64,000 bases of DNA from Thiopseudomonas sp. (GTDB lineage Bacteria; Pseudomonadota; Gammaproteobacteria; Pseudomonadales; Pseudomonadaceae): NCBI GenBank assembly GCA_035647115.1, contig DASROA010000051.1, positions 6,004 to 70,003 of the forward strand, given 5' to 3'. Position numbers and translations under genes: made by a program. Below are positions 43,568-53,138 of the stretch, piece after piece. The notes beneath the pieces were generated by a model, which saw nothing but the letters and a program-made list of their open reading frames with translations, was not told the DNA's origin and ran no database searches. Every line of letters begins with the position of its first letter. Positions within the stretch are counted from its first letter, which is position 1.

Positions 43568-43665
43568 CGCTGCGCTGGGTGTGTGGCAAGCGAAGCCATG
43601 GATGGCGCAGCGCCCGAATTGAGCTCAGGATGAGCTCATTGAGGGAAAAATACACCAGTGCAGCG
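43568..43665 (-). repeat. Branched palindromic element 2 (opposite orientation)
   Basis: Outer stem CGCTGCGCTGGGTGT/ACACCAGTGCAGCG enclosing GCCA-TGGA-TGGC and TGAGCTCA-GGA-TGAGCTCA (CATCCATG and CATCCTG on the minus strand). Confidence 0.65.
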
Positions 43666-43720
43666 GGCACCACACATAACACTCATTCAATTGCTTTTAA
43701 GCTTGGCATTAATTTCAGGC

Positions 43721-44437
43721 TCAATTATTCAGCTGTAAACTTTGTTGCCGCTGCTGATCAATCTGCCCATCTTTTAGACATAAAGTTTCATGAGCAAACA
43801 CGTGCACATCCTCAATGTCATGGGTGATTAAAATCAACGGCACCGCTAAACGCTCTTGCAGCTCGCGCAGTTCTTTACGCATATGTGCTCGCAAGTCCGG
43901 ATCAAGTGCAGAAAAAGGCTCGTCCAATAACAAAGCTCGCGGCTCTGTGACTAAGGCTCGGGCTAACGCAGTGCGCTGTCGCTGACCTCCGGAAAGCTCA
44001 TGGGGGCGCTGATGCTGCACAGACTCCAAACCAAAATTATCTAACCAGTAATCAACAGCTTTATGGGTGATTTTAGTGCTTGGATTGAATAAACCACGAC
44101 GCACACTAAAAGCAATATTTTGCCTGACTGTTAAATGGGGAAAAAGCGCATAATTTTGAAATAAAAACGCCACTTCACGCTGTTGCGGGGTTAAGTTAAT
44201 GCGTTGCTGATGATCAAATAAACTGCGTCCCGCCAGCTTGATATAACCACTATCAGGCTTGAGCAGCCCAGCCATCATCCGTAGCAATAAACTTTTACCA
44301 GCACCTGAAGGTCCTAGGATCACTAAGCGTTCGGCGGACGATGCATAGTTTAAATTCAGCTCAAAGCTCTGTTTTCCAGAGCGCATCACTTTATTCACAT
44401 CAAATTCTAAAAACATCGGTCTAGCGGACTCGCTCAT
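43721..44437 (-). CDS. modC: Molybdate ABC transporter ATP-binding subunit (short form without TOBE domain)
   Basis: GPSGAGKS, LSGGQRQR, LLLDEPFSALD, ITHD; follows modB. Confidence 0.87.
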   Translation of the reverse strand: MSESARPMFLEFDVNKVMRSGKQSFELNLNYASSAERLVILGPSGAGKSLLLRMMAGLLKPDSGYIKLAGRSLFDHQQRINLTPQQREVAFLFQNYALFPHLTVRQNIAFSVRRGLFNPSTKITHKAVDYWLDNFGLESVQHQRPHELSGGQRQRTALARALVTEPRALLLDEPFSALDPDLRAHMRKELRELQERLAVPLILITHDIEDVHVFAHETLCLKDGQIDQQRQQSLQLNN

Positions 44438-45098
44438 TGACTCGGCCTGGCGCTAAGCGGCTGGCACTGAGCAGCACCACAACACAAACAATGGAAGTAA
44501 TCACCACCAGCATATTGGCCGTGTCGTCCTGACCTGCCTGCACGGCCTCATACACAGCAATGGATAGGGTTTGAGTTTTACCGAGAATACTACCGGCCAC
44601 CATTAAAGTAGCACCAAACTCTCCCAATGCCCGAGCAAAAGCCAAGAGTACACCCGCTAATATACCGCGCCAGGCTAAAGGTAAAGTCACTCGAAAGAAC
44701 ACCGCCAGCTCAGACACACCCAGCACCCGAGCGGCTTGTTCTAGCTCGCTGTCCACTGCCTCAAAAGCCGCGCGGGCGGGCTTAAACACCAATGGAAAAG
44801 CCACCACAGTGGCAGCAATCACCGCCCCTTGCCAAGTGAAGATCAGGTTAATACCAAAACTATCATGTAACCACGCACCAAAAGTACTTCTGCGGCCCAC
44901 CAGCACCAGTAAGTAGTAACCCAATACTGTGGGCGGCATCACCATGGGTAGAGTGAGTAAAGTGTCCAGCAGATCGCGTCCAGGGAAGCGTGTGCGAGCC
45001 AGAAAAAAACCCATACCAACACCCAACACTATATTCAGCGCTGTTGCCCACCCTGCCACTTTTAGTGACAAGCCCAACGCAACCCAAACTGCATCCAT
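44421..45098 (-). CDS. modB: Molybdate ABC transporter permease
   Basis: LPMVMPPTVLGYYLL, EAA-type loop, FARALGEFGAT. Confidence 0.94.
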   Translation of the reverse strand: MDAVWVALGLSLKVAGWATALNIVLGVGMGFFLARTRFPGRDLLDTLLTLPMVMPPTVLGYYLLVLVGRRSTFGAWLHDSFGINLIFTWQGAVIAATVVAFPLVFKPARAAFEAVDSELEQAARVLGVSELAVFFRVTLPLAWRGILAGVLLAFARALGEFGATLMVAGSILGKTQTLSIAVYEAVQAGQDDTANMLVVITSIVCVVVLLSASRLAPGRVNERVR

Positions 45099-45112
45099 TA
45101 CTCTGTGGTTCC

Positions 45113-45868
45113 TTAGGGCTTACTAAAGCCATACTTGCTTAACACAGCCTGACTTTCCTCACCAAGAGTGAAGTCTATAAACTGTTGGCTGAGCTGCTTA
45201 CTGCTGCCCTCTTGAGTCACCGCGATTGGATAACTCACAGTGCTGTCTAAAGGCACAGTAAATTGAACTTTAACCTTATCAGCCATAAGCGCTGCATCAG
45301 TTGCATAAACAAAGCCGGCATCTACTTCGTCACGGGCAACATAATCCAATGATTGACGCACATGTTGTGTGTTGATGATTTTATCTGCAAGCACCGTCCA
45401 AAGCTCATGGGCAACCAATGCCTGCTTGCTGTAACGCCCTACTGGTACGCTGTCTGGATTGCTTATCGCTAAGCGCTGCAACGCATCTTGTTGTAAATCA
45501 CTGAGCCCGTTGAGTTGTAGCTTGCTTTGCTGAGGGGTAATCACCACTACGGTGTTTTGCACAAAGTCTTGACGACTACCTTCTGCCAGCAAACCCTGTT
45601 CTTGTGCTTTATCCATAGTGACTTGGTCGGCAGATGCAAACACATCAACAGGTGCTCCTTTAGCAATTTGCTGTAATAGAGCACCCGAGCCTGCAAAATT
45701 TAGCAATACCTTGTGTTCTGGATATTGTTTCTCAAAGTTCTCAGCTATTTCCTTAAAGGCATTCGTCAAGCTGGCAGCAGCAGACACAGTAATTTCCGCA
45801 GCAAAAGCACTGCTTGATGCAGCAAGCAATGTCATTGCAACGAGCTTTTTAAAACTGAACTTAAGCAT
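45113..45868 (-). CDS. modA: Molybdate ABC transporter substrate-binding protein
   Basis: Signal peptide, AAASL, GSG.L..QI..GAP.DVF.SA, VPVGRY, GFVYATD. Confidence 0.94.
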   Translation of the reverse strand: MLKFSFKKLVAMTLLAASSSAFAAEITVSAAASLTNAFKEIAENFEKQYPEHKVLLNFAGSGALLQQIAKGAPVDVFASADQVTMDKAQEQGLLAEGSRQDFVQNTVVVITPQQSKLQLNGLSDLQQDALQRLAISNPDSVPVGRYSKQALVAHELWTVLADKIINTQHVRQSLDYVARDEVDAGFVYATDAALMADKVKVQFTVPLDSTVSYPIAVTQEGSSKQLSQQFIDFTLGEESQAVLSKYGFSKP

Positions 45869-45887
45869 TTCTGACCCACCACAGTTT

Positions 45888-45911
45888 CGTTATATACGGC
45901 AGACTATAACG
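45888..45911 (-). promoter_or_regulatory. ModE operator upstream of modA
   Basis: CGTTATATA-CGGCAG-ACTATAACG matches the CGNTATATA-N6-TATATANCG consensus, about 20 bp from the modA start. Confidence 0.85.
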
Positions 45912-46019
45912 CTTAATAAATAAGTTGGGTAGAATGCTTTTAAGTTAAGCTGCATTAAGCCAATCTTCCCCCGCTTAACAACGGGGCTGAGGATGACTAA
46001 GTTGTATTGCTCGATAAAT

Positions 46020-47219
46020 TTAGTTAAGCAAACTGGCGAATGGCCAAAAGCGTAATTGATCACCCACTTCGCAAGTGCTGTGCTCCGGCAGCTCAAGCAA
46101 ACCATGGGCTTGAGTCGCACTGCGCAACACCCCTGAGCACTGGTTATCCAGTTTTTCTGCACAGCCATTGACCAGTGCTACACGAATAAACTCACGACGC
46201 ACACCAGGCTTTGCCACCGCAAAATTGACCGGCACCACAAAGCTCTGTGCGCTTGGGTCTGCGACACCCATGCGAGTCAGAATATAAGGTCGAGCTAACA
46301 GCAAAAAGGTCACCAGGCTTGATGTCGGATTACCCGGCAAACCAATCACTGGCACACCTTGGTAGCGACCTAAAGTAAAAGGTTTACCGGGTTTTAAAGC
46401 CAGCTTCCAGAAGTCCAGTTCCCCTTCCTCGCGAATCACTTGCCCCAGATAATCGGCCTCACCAACCGAAACACCACCACTGCTAATCAGTAAGTCCACA
46501 TCTTGCATCTGTGCTAGGCGTTCGCGGGTCAACTGAGCATCGTCAGGCAAAATACCCATATCGAGCACACTGCAATTTAAGCGCTGTAAGCTTTGGATCA
46601 GCATAGTGCGATTGCTGTTATAAATTTGCCCTGGTGCCAAAGGCTGTCCTGGCTCAACCAACTCATCTCCAGTGGAGACCACAGCTACACGCAATTGACG
46701 ATGTACTTTAACTTGAGCGGCCCCCATGCTGGCAGCCATTGCTAACTCAATGGGGCCTAAGCGAATTCCTGCTGGCAGTATTTCATCACCGGGTAATGCT
46801 TCCTGTCCCTTAGCTCGTACAAATTTAGCTGCTGGCACTGTTTGGCTAAAACGCACACTGCCGTCATCCAGCACTTCAGTGTTCTCTTGCATTTCTACCG
46901 CATCAGCACCTTCTGGCATTGGCGCACCAGTAAATATGCGTGCACAAGTTCCCTGCTGCAGGGGTTCTGGATCCTGCCCCGCAAAGATTTTTTGACTGAC
47001 CGACAACGTGTGCCCCGCCTGCACTTCATTGCTGCGCACTGCATAGCCATCCATTGCGCTGTTAGGCCAAGGTGGCATCGCAAACTGAGCCAATAATGGC
47101 TTAGCCAAAACATGATTTTCTGCCTGTTCTAAGGCCAGTTCTTGCACAGATAATGGAGCCGCTGACTGCGCCCGCTCGAGCAAAATTTGCAGCGCCGCAT
47201 CGACATTCATCAAACTCAT
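46020..47219 (-). CDS. moeA: Molybdopterin molybdotransferase MoeA (copy 1)
   Basis: SAMDGYA, IFTGAP, STGDEL, SGGVSVG, KPGKP, LPGNP. Confidence 0.94.
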   Translation of the reverse strand: MSLMNVDAALQILLERAQSAAPLSVQELALEQAENHVLAKPLLAQFAMPPWPNSAMDGYAVRSNEVQAGHTLSVSQKIFAGQDPEPLQQGTCARIFTGAPMPEGADAVEMQENTEVLDDGSVRFSQTVPAAKFVRAKGQEALPGDEILPAGIRLGPIELAMAASMGAAQVKVHRQLRVAVVSTGDELVEPGQPLAPGQIYNSNRTMLIQSLQRLNCSVLDMGILPDDAQLTRERLAQMQDVDLLISSGGVSVGEADYLGQVIREEGELDFWKLALKPGKPFTLGRYQGVPVIGLPGNPTSSLVTFLLLARPYILTRMGVADPSAQSFVVPVNFAVAKPGVRREFIRVALVNGCAEKLDNQCSGVLRSATQAHGLLELPEHSTCEVGDQLRFWPFASLLN

Positions 47220-47220
47220 A

Positions 47221-47757
47221 TTAACCGCGCCCTGTGCATGCCGTCTTTTGATTTAAATGCGCAACGAAATTACAAGGCGTGTGGCGAGAGTCCAACTGCT
47301 CTAACAAAATGCCTTCCCAAGCGGTGCGGCATGCATTAGTGGAGCCTGGCATGCAGCAAACTAAGGTGTTGTTCGATAAGCCAGCCAAAGCACGCGATTG
47401 AATGGTTGAAGAGCCAATTTCACCATAAGAAATCTGTCTGAACAGCTCGCCAAAGCCTTCCACTTCGCGATCAAACAAGCAACTGACCGCTTCTGGAGTG
47501 CTGTCACGATCAGTAAAACCTGTACCCCCGGTAATTAAAACCACTTGCACAGCATCACTGGCAATCCAGTTCGCCACCTGCGCACGGATTTGGTATAAGT
47601 TGTCTTTTAGCATTAAACGTTCAACAACGTTATGTCCGGCATCGTTCAATTGTTCAAACAGGTATTGCCCTGAAGTGTCAGTATCCGTTGTGCGTGTATC
47701 GCTCACAGTTAATACTGCAACATTTAAAGGGACAAATTGACTACTTGCGTGACTCAT
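47221..47757 (-). CDS. moaB: Molybdenum cofactor biosynthesis protein B
   Basis: VLTVSDTR, TGGTG, GFGELFR, PGS, PCNF. Confidence 0.94.
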   Translation of the reverse strand: MSHASSQFVPLNVAVLTVSDTRTTDTDTSGQYLFEQLNDAGHNVVERLMLKDNLYQIRAQVANWIASDAVQVVLITGGTGFTDRDSTPEAVSCLFDREVEGFGELFRQISYGEIGSSTIQSRALAGLSNNTLVCCMPGSTNACRTAWEGILLEQLDSRHTPCNFVAHLNQKTACTGRG

Positions 47758-47825
47758 GTGATTACCTTGCTAAATGAATTTAGGCCAATCATATACCACA
47801 AAATATCTTAACAAATGAGCTTTGC

Positions 47826-48428
47826 ATGGCAAACCACCCCTTATTTTCCAATTGCTCCATTGTTCTACTCGCCGGTGGTCGCGGACAGCGTATGGGCGGA
47901 CAAGACAAAGGTTGGGTTACTTGGCAAGATCAAGCTCTGATTGAGCATATGCATGCTGTGGTACGTCCATTAACCGATGACCTGATCATCTCCTGCAACC
48001 GCAACCATGAGCGCTACCAGCCCCTTGCCGATCAGCTGGTCAGTGATCCTAATCAAGACTTCAGCGGCCCCTTAATTGGTATCCTTAGCGCCCTAAAAGT
48101 CGCACGCCACTCACACTTGATAGTGTTACCTTGTGATGCACCACGTATCGACCGCAGTTTACTTGCGCAGCTTTATGCACAAGCCTGCGAACGCCCGGTA
48201 CTCTTAAAGCACCAAGGTTATTGGCAGCCATTATTCAGTATTATTCCCAGAGGACAGCTTAGCGCTTTACGAGAATTATGGGAGGCTGGCGAACGCAGCC
48301 CTAAACATGCTTTATTACAGTTAAACCCTATTGCTATTCACTGCGCCGATGACGAACAGCGTCTGGCTAACTTCAATGAGCCCAGTGTTTTACAGCAACC
48401 GCTATTAATTGAGGACAGACAATGCTGA
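47826..48428 (+). CDS. mobA: Molybdenum cofactor guanylyltransferase
   Basis: [29 protein letters not shown]. Confidence 0.93.
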   Translation: MANHPLFSNCSIVLLAGGRGQRMGGQDKGWVTWQDQALIEHMHAVVRPLTDDLIISCNRNHERYQPLADQLVSDPNQDFSGPLIGILSALKVARHSHLIVLPCDAPRIDRSLLAQLYAQACERPVLLKHQGYWQPLFSIIPRGQLSALRELWEAGERSPKHALLQLNPIAIHCADDEQRLANFNEPSVLQQPLLIEDRQC

Positions 48429-48919
48429 CCCACCTTGACGAACATGGCCGCGCTAATATGGTCGATGTCACCGACAAAGCCACTACACAGCGTGAAGCCA
48501 CGGCAGAAGCCTGGGTACGCATGCAACCTAGCACTTTAAATATGATTGTTGATGGGCAGCATCCTAAAGGGGATGTATTTGCCGTTGCTCGCATTGCAGG
48601 CATCCAAGCCGCCAAGCGCACCCATGAACTGATTCCGCTGTGTCATCCATTACTCTTAACCAGTATTAAAGTGCACCTAACTGCCCATGCCCCCGATCAA
48701 GTCCAGATCACAGCCACCTGCAAACTATCTGGACAAACTGGCGTTGAGATGGAGGCGTTAACCGCTGCTAGTCTTGCTGCATTAACTATCTATGACATGT
48801 GTAAAGCTGTGGACCCGGGCATGGTTATTGAACGCACCCAGTTATTGGAAAAGCTCGGCGGCAAGTCTGGACATTACCAACTGGATAACGCTCAGCCATC
48901 GGCAAAAATTGGAGGTTAA
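48422..48919 (+). CDS. moaC: Cyclic pyranopterin monophosphate synthase
   Basis: [38 protein letters not shown]. Confidence 0.96.
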   Translation: MLTHLDEHGRANMVDVTDKATTQREATAEAWVRMQPSTLNMIVDGQHPKGDVFAVARIAGIQAAKRTHELIPLCHPLLLTSIKVHLTAHAPDQVQITATCKLSGQTGVEMEALTAASLAALTIYDMCKAVDPGMVIERTQLLEKLGGKSGHYQLDNAQPSAKIGG

Positions 48920-48921
48920 TC

Positions 48922-49170
48922 ATGTTAAATGTACAGTTTCTAGCCCGTTATCGTGAAGAACTTGGTTGCGATTCAGAGCAACTACCGTGGCAAGATCAGT
49001 GGCAAACCATTGATGATGTGCGCCAATTTTTGGCTGCGCGCGATGGCGTTTGGAGTATCCTCAATGACCCCCGCATAATGTGTGCACGCAACCAAGATGT
49101 GTGTTCATTGCAAGAACCTATTGCCGCAAGGGACGAGCTCGCCCTATTCCCTATGGTAACTGGAGGTTAA
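48922..49170 (+). CDS. moaD: Molybdopterin synthase sulfur carrier subunit
   Basis: 82 aa with C-terminal DELALFPMVTGG. Confidence 0.93.
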   Translation: MLNVQFLARYREELGCDSEQLPWQDQWQTIDDVRQFLAARDGVWSILNDPRIMCARNQDVCSLQEPIAARDELALFPMVTGG

Positions 49171-49175
49171 GCCCC

Positions 49176-49646
49176 ATGAGTATTCGTGTGCAAACTGCAC
49201 CTTTTGACCCAGGCGCCGAATTGAATGCAGTGCATGCTGGGGAGCTGAGTACAGGTGCAGTGGTCACCTTTACTGGTTATGTGCGCGATATTAATCAAGA
49301 TGAAGAGATCCAAGAACTGTTTCTTGAGCATTACCCAGGCATGACCGAAAAAGCCCTGGGAAAAATCCGTGATGAAGCCATGCAGCGCTGGCCACTGATT
49401 GATGCACATATTTTACACCGTGTTGGCCCGTTATCTTTAGCTGACCCCATTGTCTTTGTAGCGACCTCCAGTATGCACCGTGAGGCCGCTTTTGCAGCCT
49501 GCGAGTTTATTATGGATTATTTAAAAACTCGCGCCCCCTTTTGGAAAAAAGAACACACTGCAACAGGCTCACACTGGGTGGAAGGTCGCGACAGCGATAC
49601 ACTTGCCGCCTCACGCTGGGATACAGCTCATAAGGAAAGTCGATAA
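49176..49646 (+). CDS. moaE: Molybdopterin synthase catalytic subunit
   Basis: GAVVTFTGYVR, LEHYPGM, HRVG, MDYLKTRAPFWKKE; start ATG 49176. Confidence 0.95.
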   Translation: MSIRVQTAPFDPGAELNAVHAGELSTGAVVTFTGYVRDINQDEEIQELFLEHYPGMTEKALGKIRDEAMQRWPLIDAHILHRVGPLSLADPIVFVATSSMHREAAFAACEFIMDYLKTRAPFWKKEHTATGSHWVEGRDSDTLAASRWDTAHKESR

Positions 49647-50872
49647 TGTCTGTCTGCGAACTGGGCAATTTACATAGCATTGAACAAGCCATCAGTGCTT
49701 TAACCGACACCCTAAAGCAGCAAACCACCAGGCAAAGCATAACGCTGCAAGACGCACACCAACATATTTTAGCTCAATCAATATATGCGCAAGTGGATGT
49801 GCCACAGTGGGATAATAGCGCTATGGATGGTTACGCATTACGTGCTAATGATTTGCAAAACACCGATCGCTTACCTCTCGCTGGTCGTATTGCTGCAGGT
49901 GATCAACCGGAACAAAAACTAGCAACGGGCCAGTGTATGCACATTCTCACCGGTGCACCGGTACCTTTAGGCGCAGATACTGTAGTTCCACAAGAAAACT
50001 GCAACATTAGCAGCGATAGCATCCAATTTAAGCGTTATCAAGCCGGTGGCAATATCCGCCGTCGCGGTGAAGAAATTCAACAAGGTCAGCTGTTATTGAA
50101 AACCGGCACTCGACTGCGCGCCCAAGAAATCGGCTTGCTGGCCAGTCAAGGTATTGCCTCTGTCGAGGTCTATACCCCTTTACGCATTGGTTTAATTAGC
50201 AGCGGCAATGAACTTGCTGAACTAGGCCAACCGCTTAAAGCAGGACAGATCTATGACATTAACAGCCATAGTCTCAAGGCTTTATTTACCGGTTTAGGTT
50301 TTCAGGTAACGCACTATGCAAAAATGCCTGACGACCTGCAACAAAATATCGAAAGTCTTAGCCAAGCTTGTAGCGAACAAGATATTTTAATCAGCAGCGG
50401 CGGCGTTTCTGTGGGTGAAGAAGATCACCTTAAACATGCCGTAAGCACACTGGGACAACTGAACCTTTGGCGAGTGGCCATTCAACCTGGCAAACCTTTA
50501 GCTTTTGGCACAATTGGCAATACCCCTTGGATAGGTTTACCAGGCAATCCCGCTGCAGCATTAATTACCGCACTCATTATTGCTCGTCCAGCGCTACTAA
50601 AAGCTCAAGGCGCTAGTGACTATAAGCAACAAAGTGTATCCATTCCGGCACTGTTTGACTGGCAAAAAGCACGCCCCCGCCAACAATATTTGCACGCTCG
50701 CCTCATTGCCCAAGAAAACGGCCAACTGCACGTGGATATCCACCCTAAACAAAGCTCAGCAATGCTGATCGCTGCCAGCTGGGCCGATGGTTTAGTCGAA
50801 ATCAAGCCCAATACTTGCGTAGCAAAAGGTGATTTAGTGTCCTTTATTCCTTACGCCAGCCTATTAAGCTGA
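49646..50872 (+). CDS. moeA: Molybdopterin molybdotransferase MoeA (copy 2)
   Basis: SAMDGYA, TGAP, SGGVSVGEED, QPGKP, LPGNP. Confidence 0.93.
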   Translation: MSVCELGNLHSIEQAISALTDTLKQQTTRQSITLQDAHQHILAQSIYAQVDVPQWDNSAMDGYALRANDLQNTDRLPLAGRIAAGDQPEQKLATGQCMHILTGAPVPLGADTVVPQENCNISSDSIQFKRYQAGGNIRRRGEEIQQGQLLLKTGTRLRAQEIGLLASQGIASVEVYTPLRIGLISSGNELAELGQPLKAGQIYDINSHSLKALFTGLGFQVTHYAKMPDDLQQNIESLSQACSEQDILISSGGVSVGEEDHLKHAVSTLGQLNLWRVAIQPGKPLAFGTIGNTPWIGLPGNPAAALITALIIARPALLKAQGASDYKQQSVSIPALFDWQKARPRQQYLHARLIAQENGQLHVDIHPKQSSAMLIAASWADGLVEIKPNTCVAKGDLVSFIPYASLLS

Positions 50873-50974
50873 GTAAAAACAAGTGATTAAACTGCTGTAG
50901 TGCTACTCAAAAACAACACACTACACAGCTCAGTCCTGGTTAATTTACAACAACAATTAATGATTAAAGGCAAA

Positions 50975-51436
50975 ATGAGTAAGCTCACCAAACAAGACTT
51001 TCAAAACCTTTCTGATTTTCGCTTTCGCCTTAGAGCTTTTCAGCGGCAAAGCGATGAAATATGTAAAAGCCATGGCGTAACCCCGCTACAATATTTGCTT
51101 TTACTGCATTTGAAAGGGTTTAAAGACCGTGAATGGGCCACCATTAGTGAACTATCGGAACGATTGCAATCTAAGCATCACGCCACTGTGATGTTAATTG
51201 ATCGCTGCTGCGAGCTGGGTTTAGTGGAGCGCCGCGAATCCACCCAAGACAGACGTTTTATCGAAATACATCTTTTAAGCAAAGGTGAGCAGCTGGTTGA
51301 AGCCATTGCTTGGCAGCACCGTCCCGAACTCAATCATTTACAACAAGATTTCCCCACCCATACTGATGCTGCGGAATCTAATGTTAAGGATGGTGACCAA
51401 ATTATTGTGGGAGGTTTTATAAAAGACAGCCAATAA
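50975..51436 (+). CDS. MarR family transcriptional regulator
   Basis: GVTPLQYLLLL, TISELSERL, GLVERR...DRR winged helix; start ATG 50975; 3' end overlaps modE by 20 nt. Confidence 0.85.
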   Translation: MSKLTKQDFQNLSDFRFRLRAFQRQSDEICKSHGVTPLQYLLLLHLKGFKDREWATISELSERLQSKHHATVMLIDRCCELGLVERRESTQDRRFIEIHLLSKGEQLVEAIAWQHRPELNHLQQDFPTHTDAAESNVKDGDQIIVGGFIKDSQ

Positions 51437-52223
51437 TCACACTTGAAGCTTTAAAAATAGCTGTTACTTCACTGCCTTCTGCTAGCTTCAGATGTTCAGC
51501 ACTGTCATTGGTCACGACTACTGCCAAAGTGCTATCTGCAACAGTGATGATGACCTCTGTGTTTACTGCCCCCGGTTGAACACGCAACACCGTGCCTGTT
51601 AATTGATTACGTGCCGAAAAGCGCACTTCTGTAGCATCATTGAGTAAAATAATGGAGTTGGCTTGTATCAGCACAAAAATTTCACTGCCTTCTTGCAAGC
51701 CTAATTCACGCGTACTTTCACTGGTCACATTCGCAATGATTGTTTGCCCACCAGCAATTACAACCTCAACACTGTCATTGGTAACACCCTGCTTAACTGC
51801 TTTTACTACGCCAAAAAACTGATTACGGACACTGGTTTTCATGAATAGTCTCTTTAAAACAGGTAAATCATCAATAATATTGCCAGTTTCTTGACTCAGC
51901 TCTTGCACAAAACGCTGATGAACCGCCTCAATGCGTTTAAAATTACTAATCAACTGCTGACCGCGCTCAGTTAAAGTCGTTGAGCCGCCCCCTTTACCCC
52001 CAGTGACGCGATGCAATAAAGGTTCGCCAGCCAGATTATTCATATGATTCACTGCGTCCCAAGCCGCCTTATAACTCATTTTCATGGATTTTGCTGCTTG
52101 TGATATTGAACCCAGCTCAGCGATTTTAGAGAGTAAATGGATACGCCCATGGCCGCCAATGCTTTCATCACCGGCAGTAATCCAAATCTGTCCTTGTAAT
52201 CCAAACTCTGTATGTTTAGCCAT
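51417..52223 (-). CDS. modE: Molybdate-responsive regulator ModE
   Basis: GSISQAAK.M.MSYKAAWD HTH, GGKGGG, and two TOBE/Mop domains (SVRNQ, SARNQ). Confidence 0.93.
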   Translation of the reverse strand: MAKHTEFGLQGQIWITAGDESIGGHGRIHLLSKIAELGSISQAAKSMKMSYKAAWDAVNHMNNLAGEPLLHRVTGGKGGGSTTLTERGQQLISNFKRIEAVHQRFVQELSQETGNIIDDLPVLKRLFMKTSVRNQFFGVVKAVKQGVTNDSVEVVIAGGQTIIANVTSESTRELGLQEGSEIFVLIQANSIILLNDATEVRFSARNQLTGTVLRVQPGAVNTEVIITVADSTLAVVVTNDSAEHLKLAEGSEVTAIFKASSVIIGCLL

Positions 52224-52343
52224 AGCTAACCCCTTTTGACTACTCTCTTAATATCTAACCGACACAATAACTCAAGAGCCTGTTGCAGCTTAAACCGCAA
52301 GCACCACACAAAAACCCACTCGATTTTCTACAGTAAATACACT

Positions 52344-53138
52344 TTAGTGCGCGGGCGGTGTCCAGCTTAAAAATGCCCAACGCAAAGGCTCACCGCCCTG
52401 CTGAGCATACTCAGGATCACGCTGATACCATTGGGTCAGCTTATTTTTATCGTCATCACTCAATTCACCAAAGCTCGCGCTGACTTTCTCAATAAACTCG
52501 CTCAGATGAGTGCTACCGGCCAAACGATTGCGTAATTCAATATAATCAACTGTTGGATAGATATTGCGTTGGTAGAGTAAATTAATGATGTACATATGGT
52601 CGGGAAAGCTGCGGTCTTCTCGGCCAAGCAGTTCTTCAATTTCACGACTGCCAAAACGCCCGCCCACCAGCTGAGTCATATAGACTTTTTTACGTGCATG
52701 CTGATTCACCTTCGTCAGCGCATCATCCATATCTGCGACAATACTGGCACGGGAGACAATGGCAATATCAGCCACTGGCAGCTTATGCCAATCGTCATCC
52801 CAAGATGCCAATACTGGCTGCACATTGTCTAACTGCAGCTCGCCGGCATTTTGCATCATGGCATCAAGCATGCCTTGACTATAATCCAGGCCATACACTT
52901 GTTTTACTCTTGGCGCTAGAGCTAAAGCAATAGTGCCAGCACCACAACCTATATCCAGCACAGTGTCTTCAACGCTGCATTCAACTTTACTAACAAATGC
53001 TCTGCGATAGGCACTGTCCAAAGCAGAAAGACGCATATTGGCGGCTTTACTGTCCCAGTCTGCTGGGGTTTTAAATTTGCGCCCGCTGCGCGCTAAATGA
53101 TCACGATATAACTGAGCAAAATCTATATTTTTAAGCAT
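52344..53138 (-). CDS. Class I SAM-dependent methyltransferase
   Basis: VLDIGCGAG, GLDYS motifs; start likely ATG 53138. Confidence 0.82.
   Translation of the reverse strand: MLKNIDFAQLYRDHLARSGRKFKTPADWDSKAANMRLSALDSAYRRAFVSKVECSVEDTVLDIGCGAGTIALALAPRVKQVYGLDYSQGMLDAMMQNAGELQLDNVQPVLASWDDDWHKLPVADIAIVSRASIVADMDDALTKVNQHARKKVYMTQLVGGRFGSREIEELLGREDRSFPDHMYIINLLYQRNIYPTVDYIELRNRLAGSTHLSEFIEKVSASFGELSDDDKNKLTQWYQRDPEYAQQGGEPLRWAFLSWTPPAH

Noticed and set aside
43275-43720. Possible tRNA or CRISPR array after tyrB
   Set aside because: No cloverleaf or GTTCGA T-arm, no regularly spaced direct repeats and no cas genes in the window.
43227-43827. Short ORFs 43227-43430 (-) and 43579-43827 (+) as possible toxin or leader peptides
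   Set aside because: They run through the palindromic elements and overlap tyrB or modC, with no RBS or recognisable motif; most likely by-products of the repeats.
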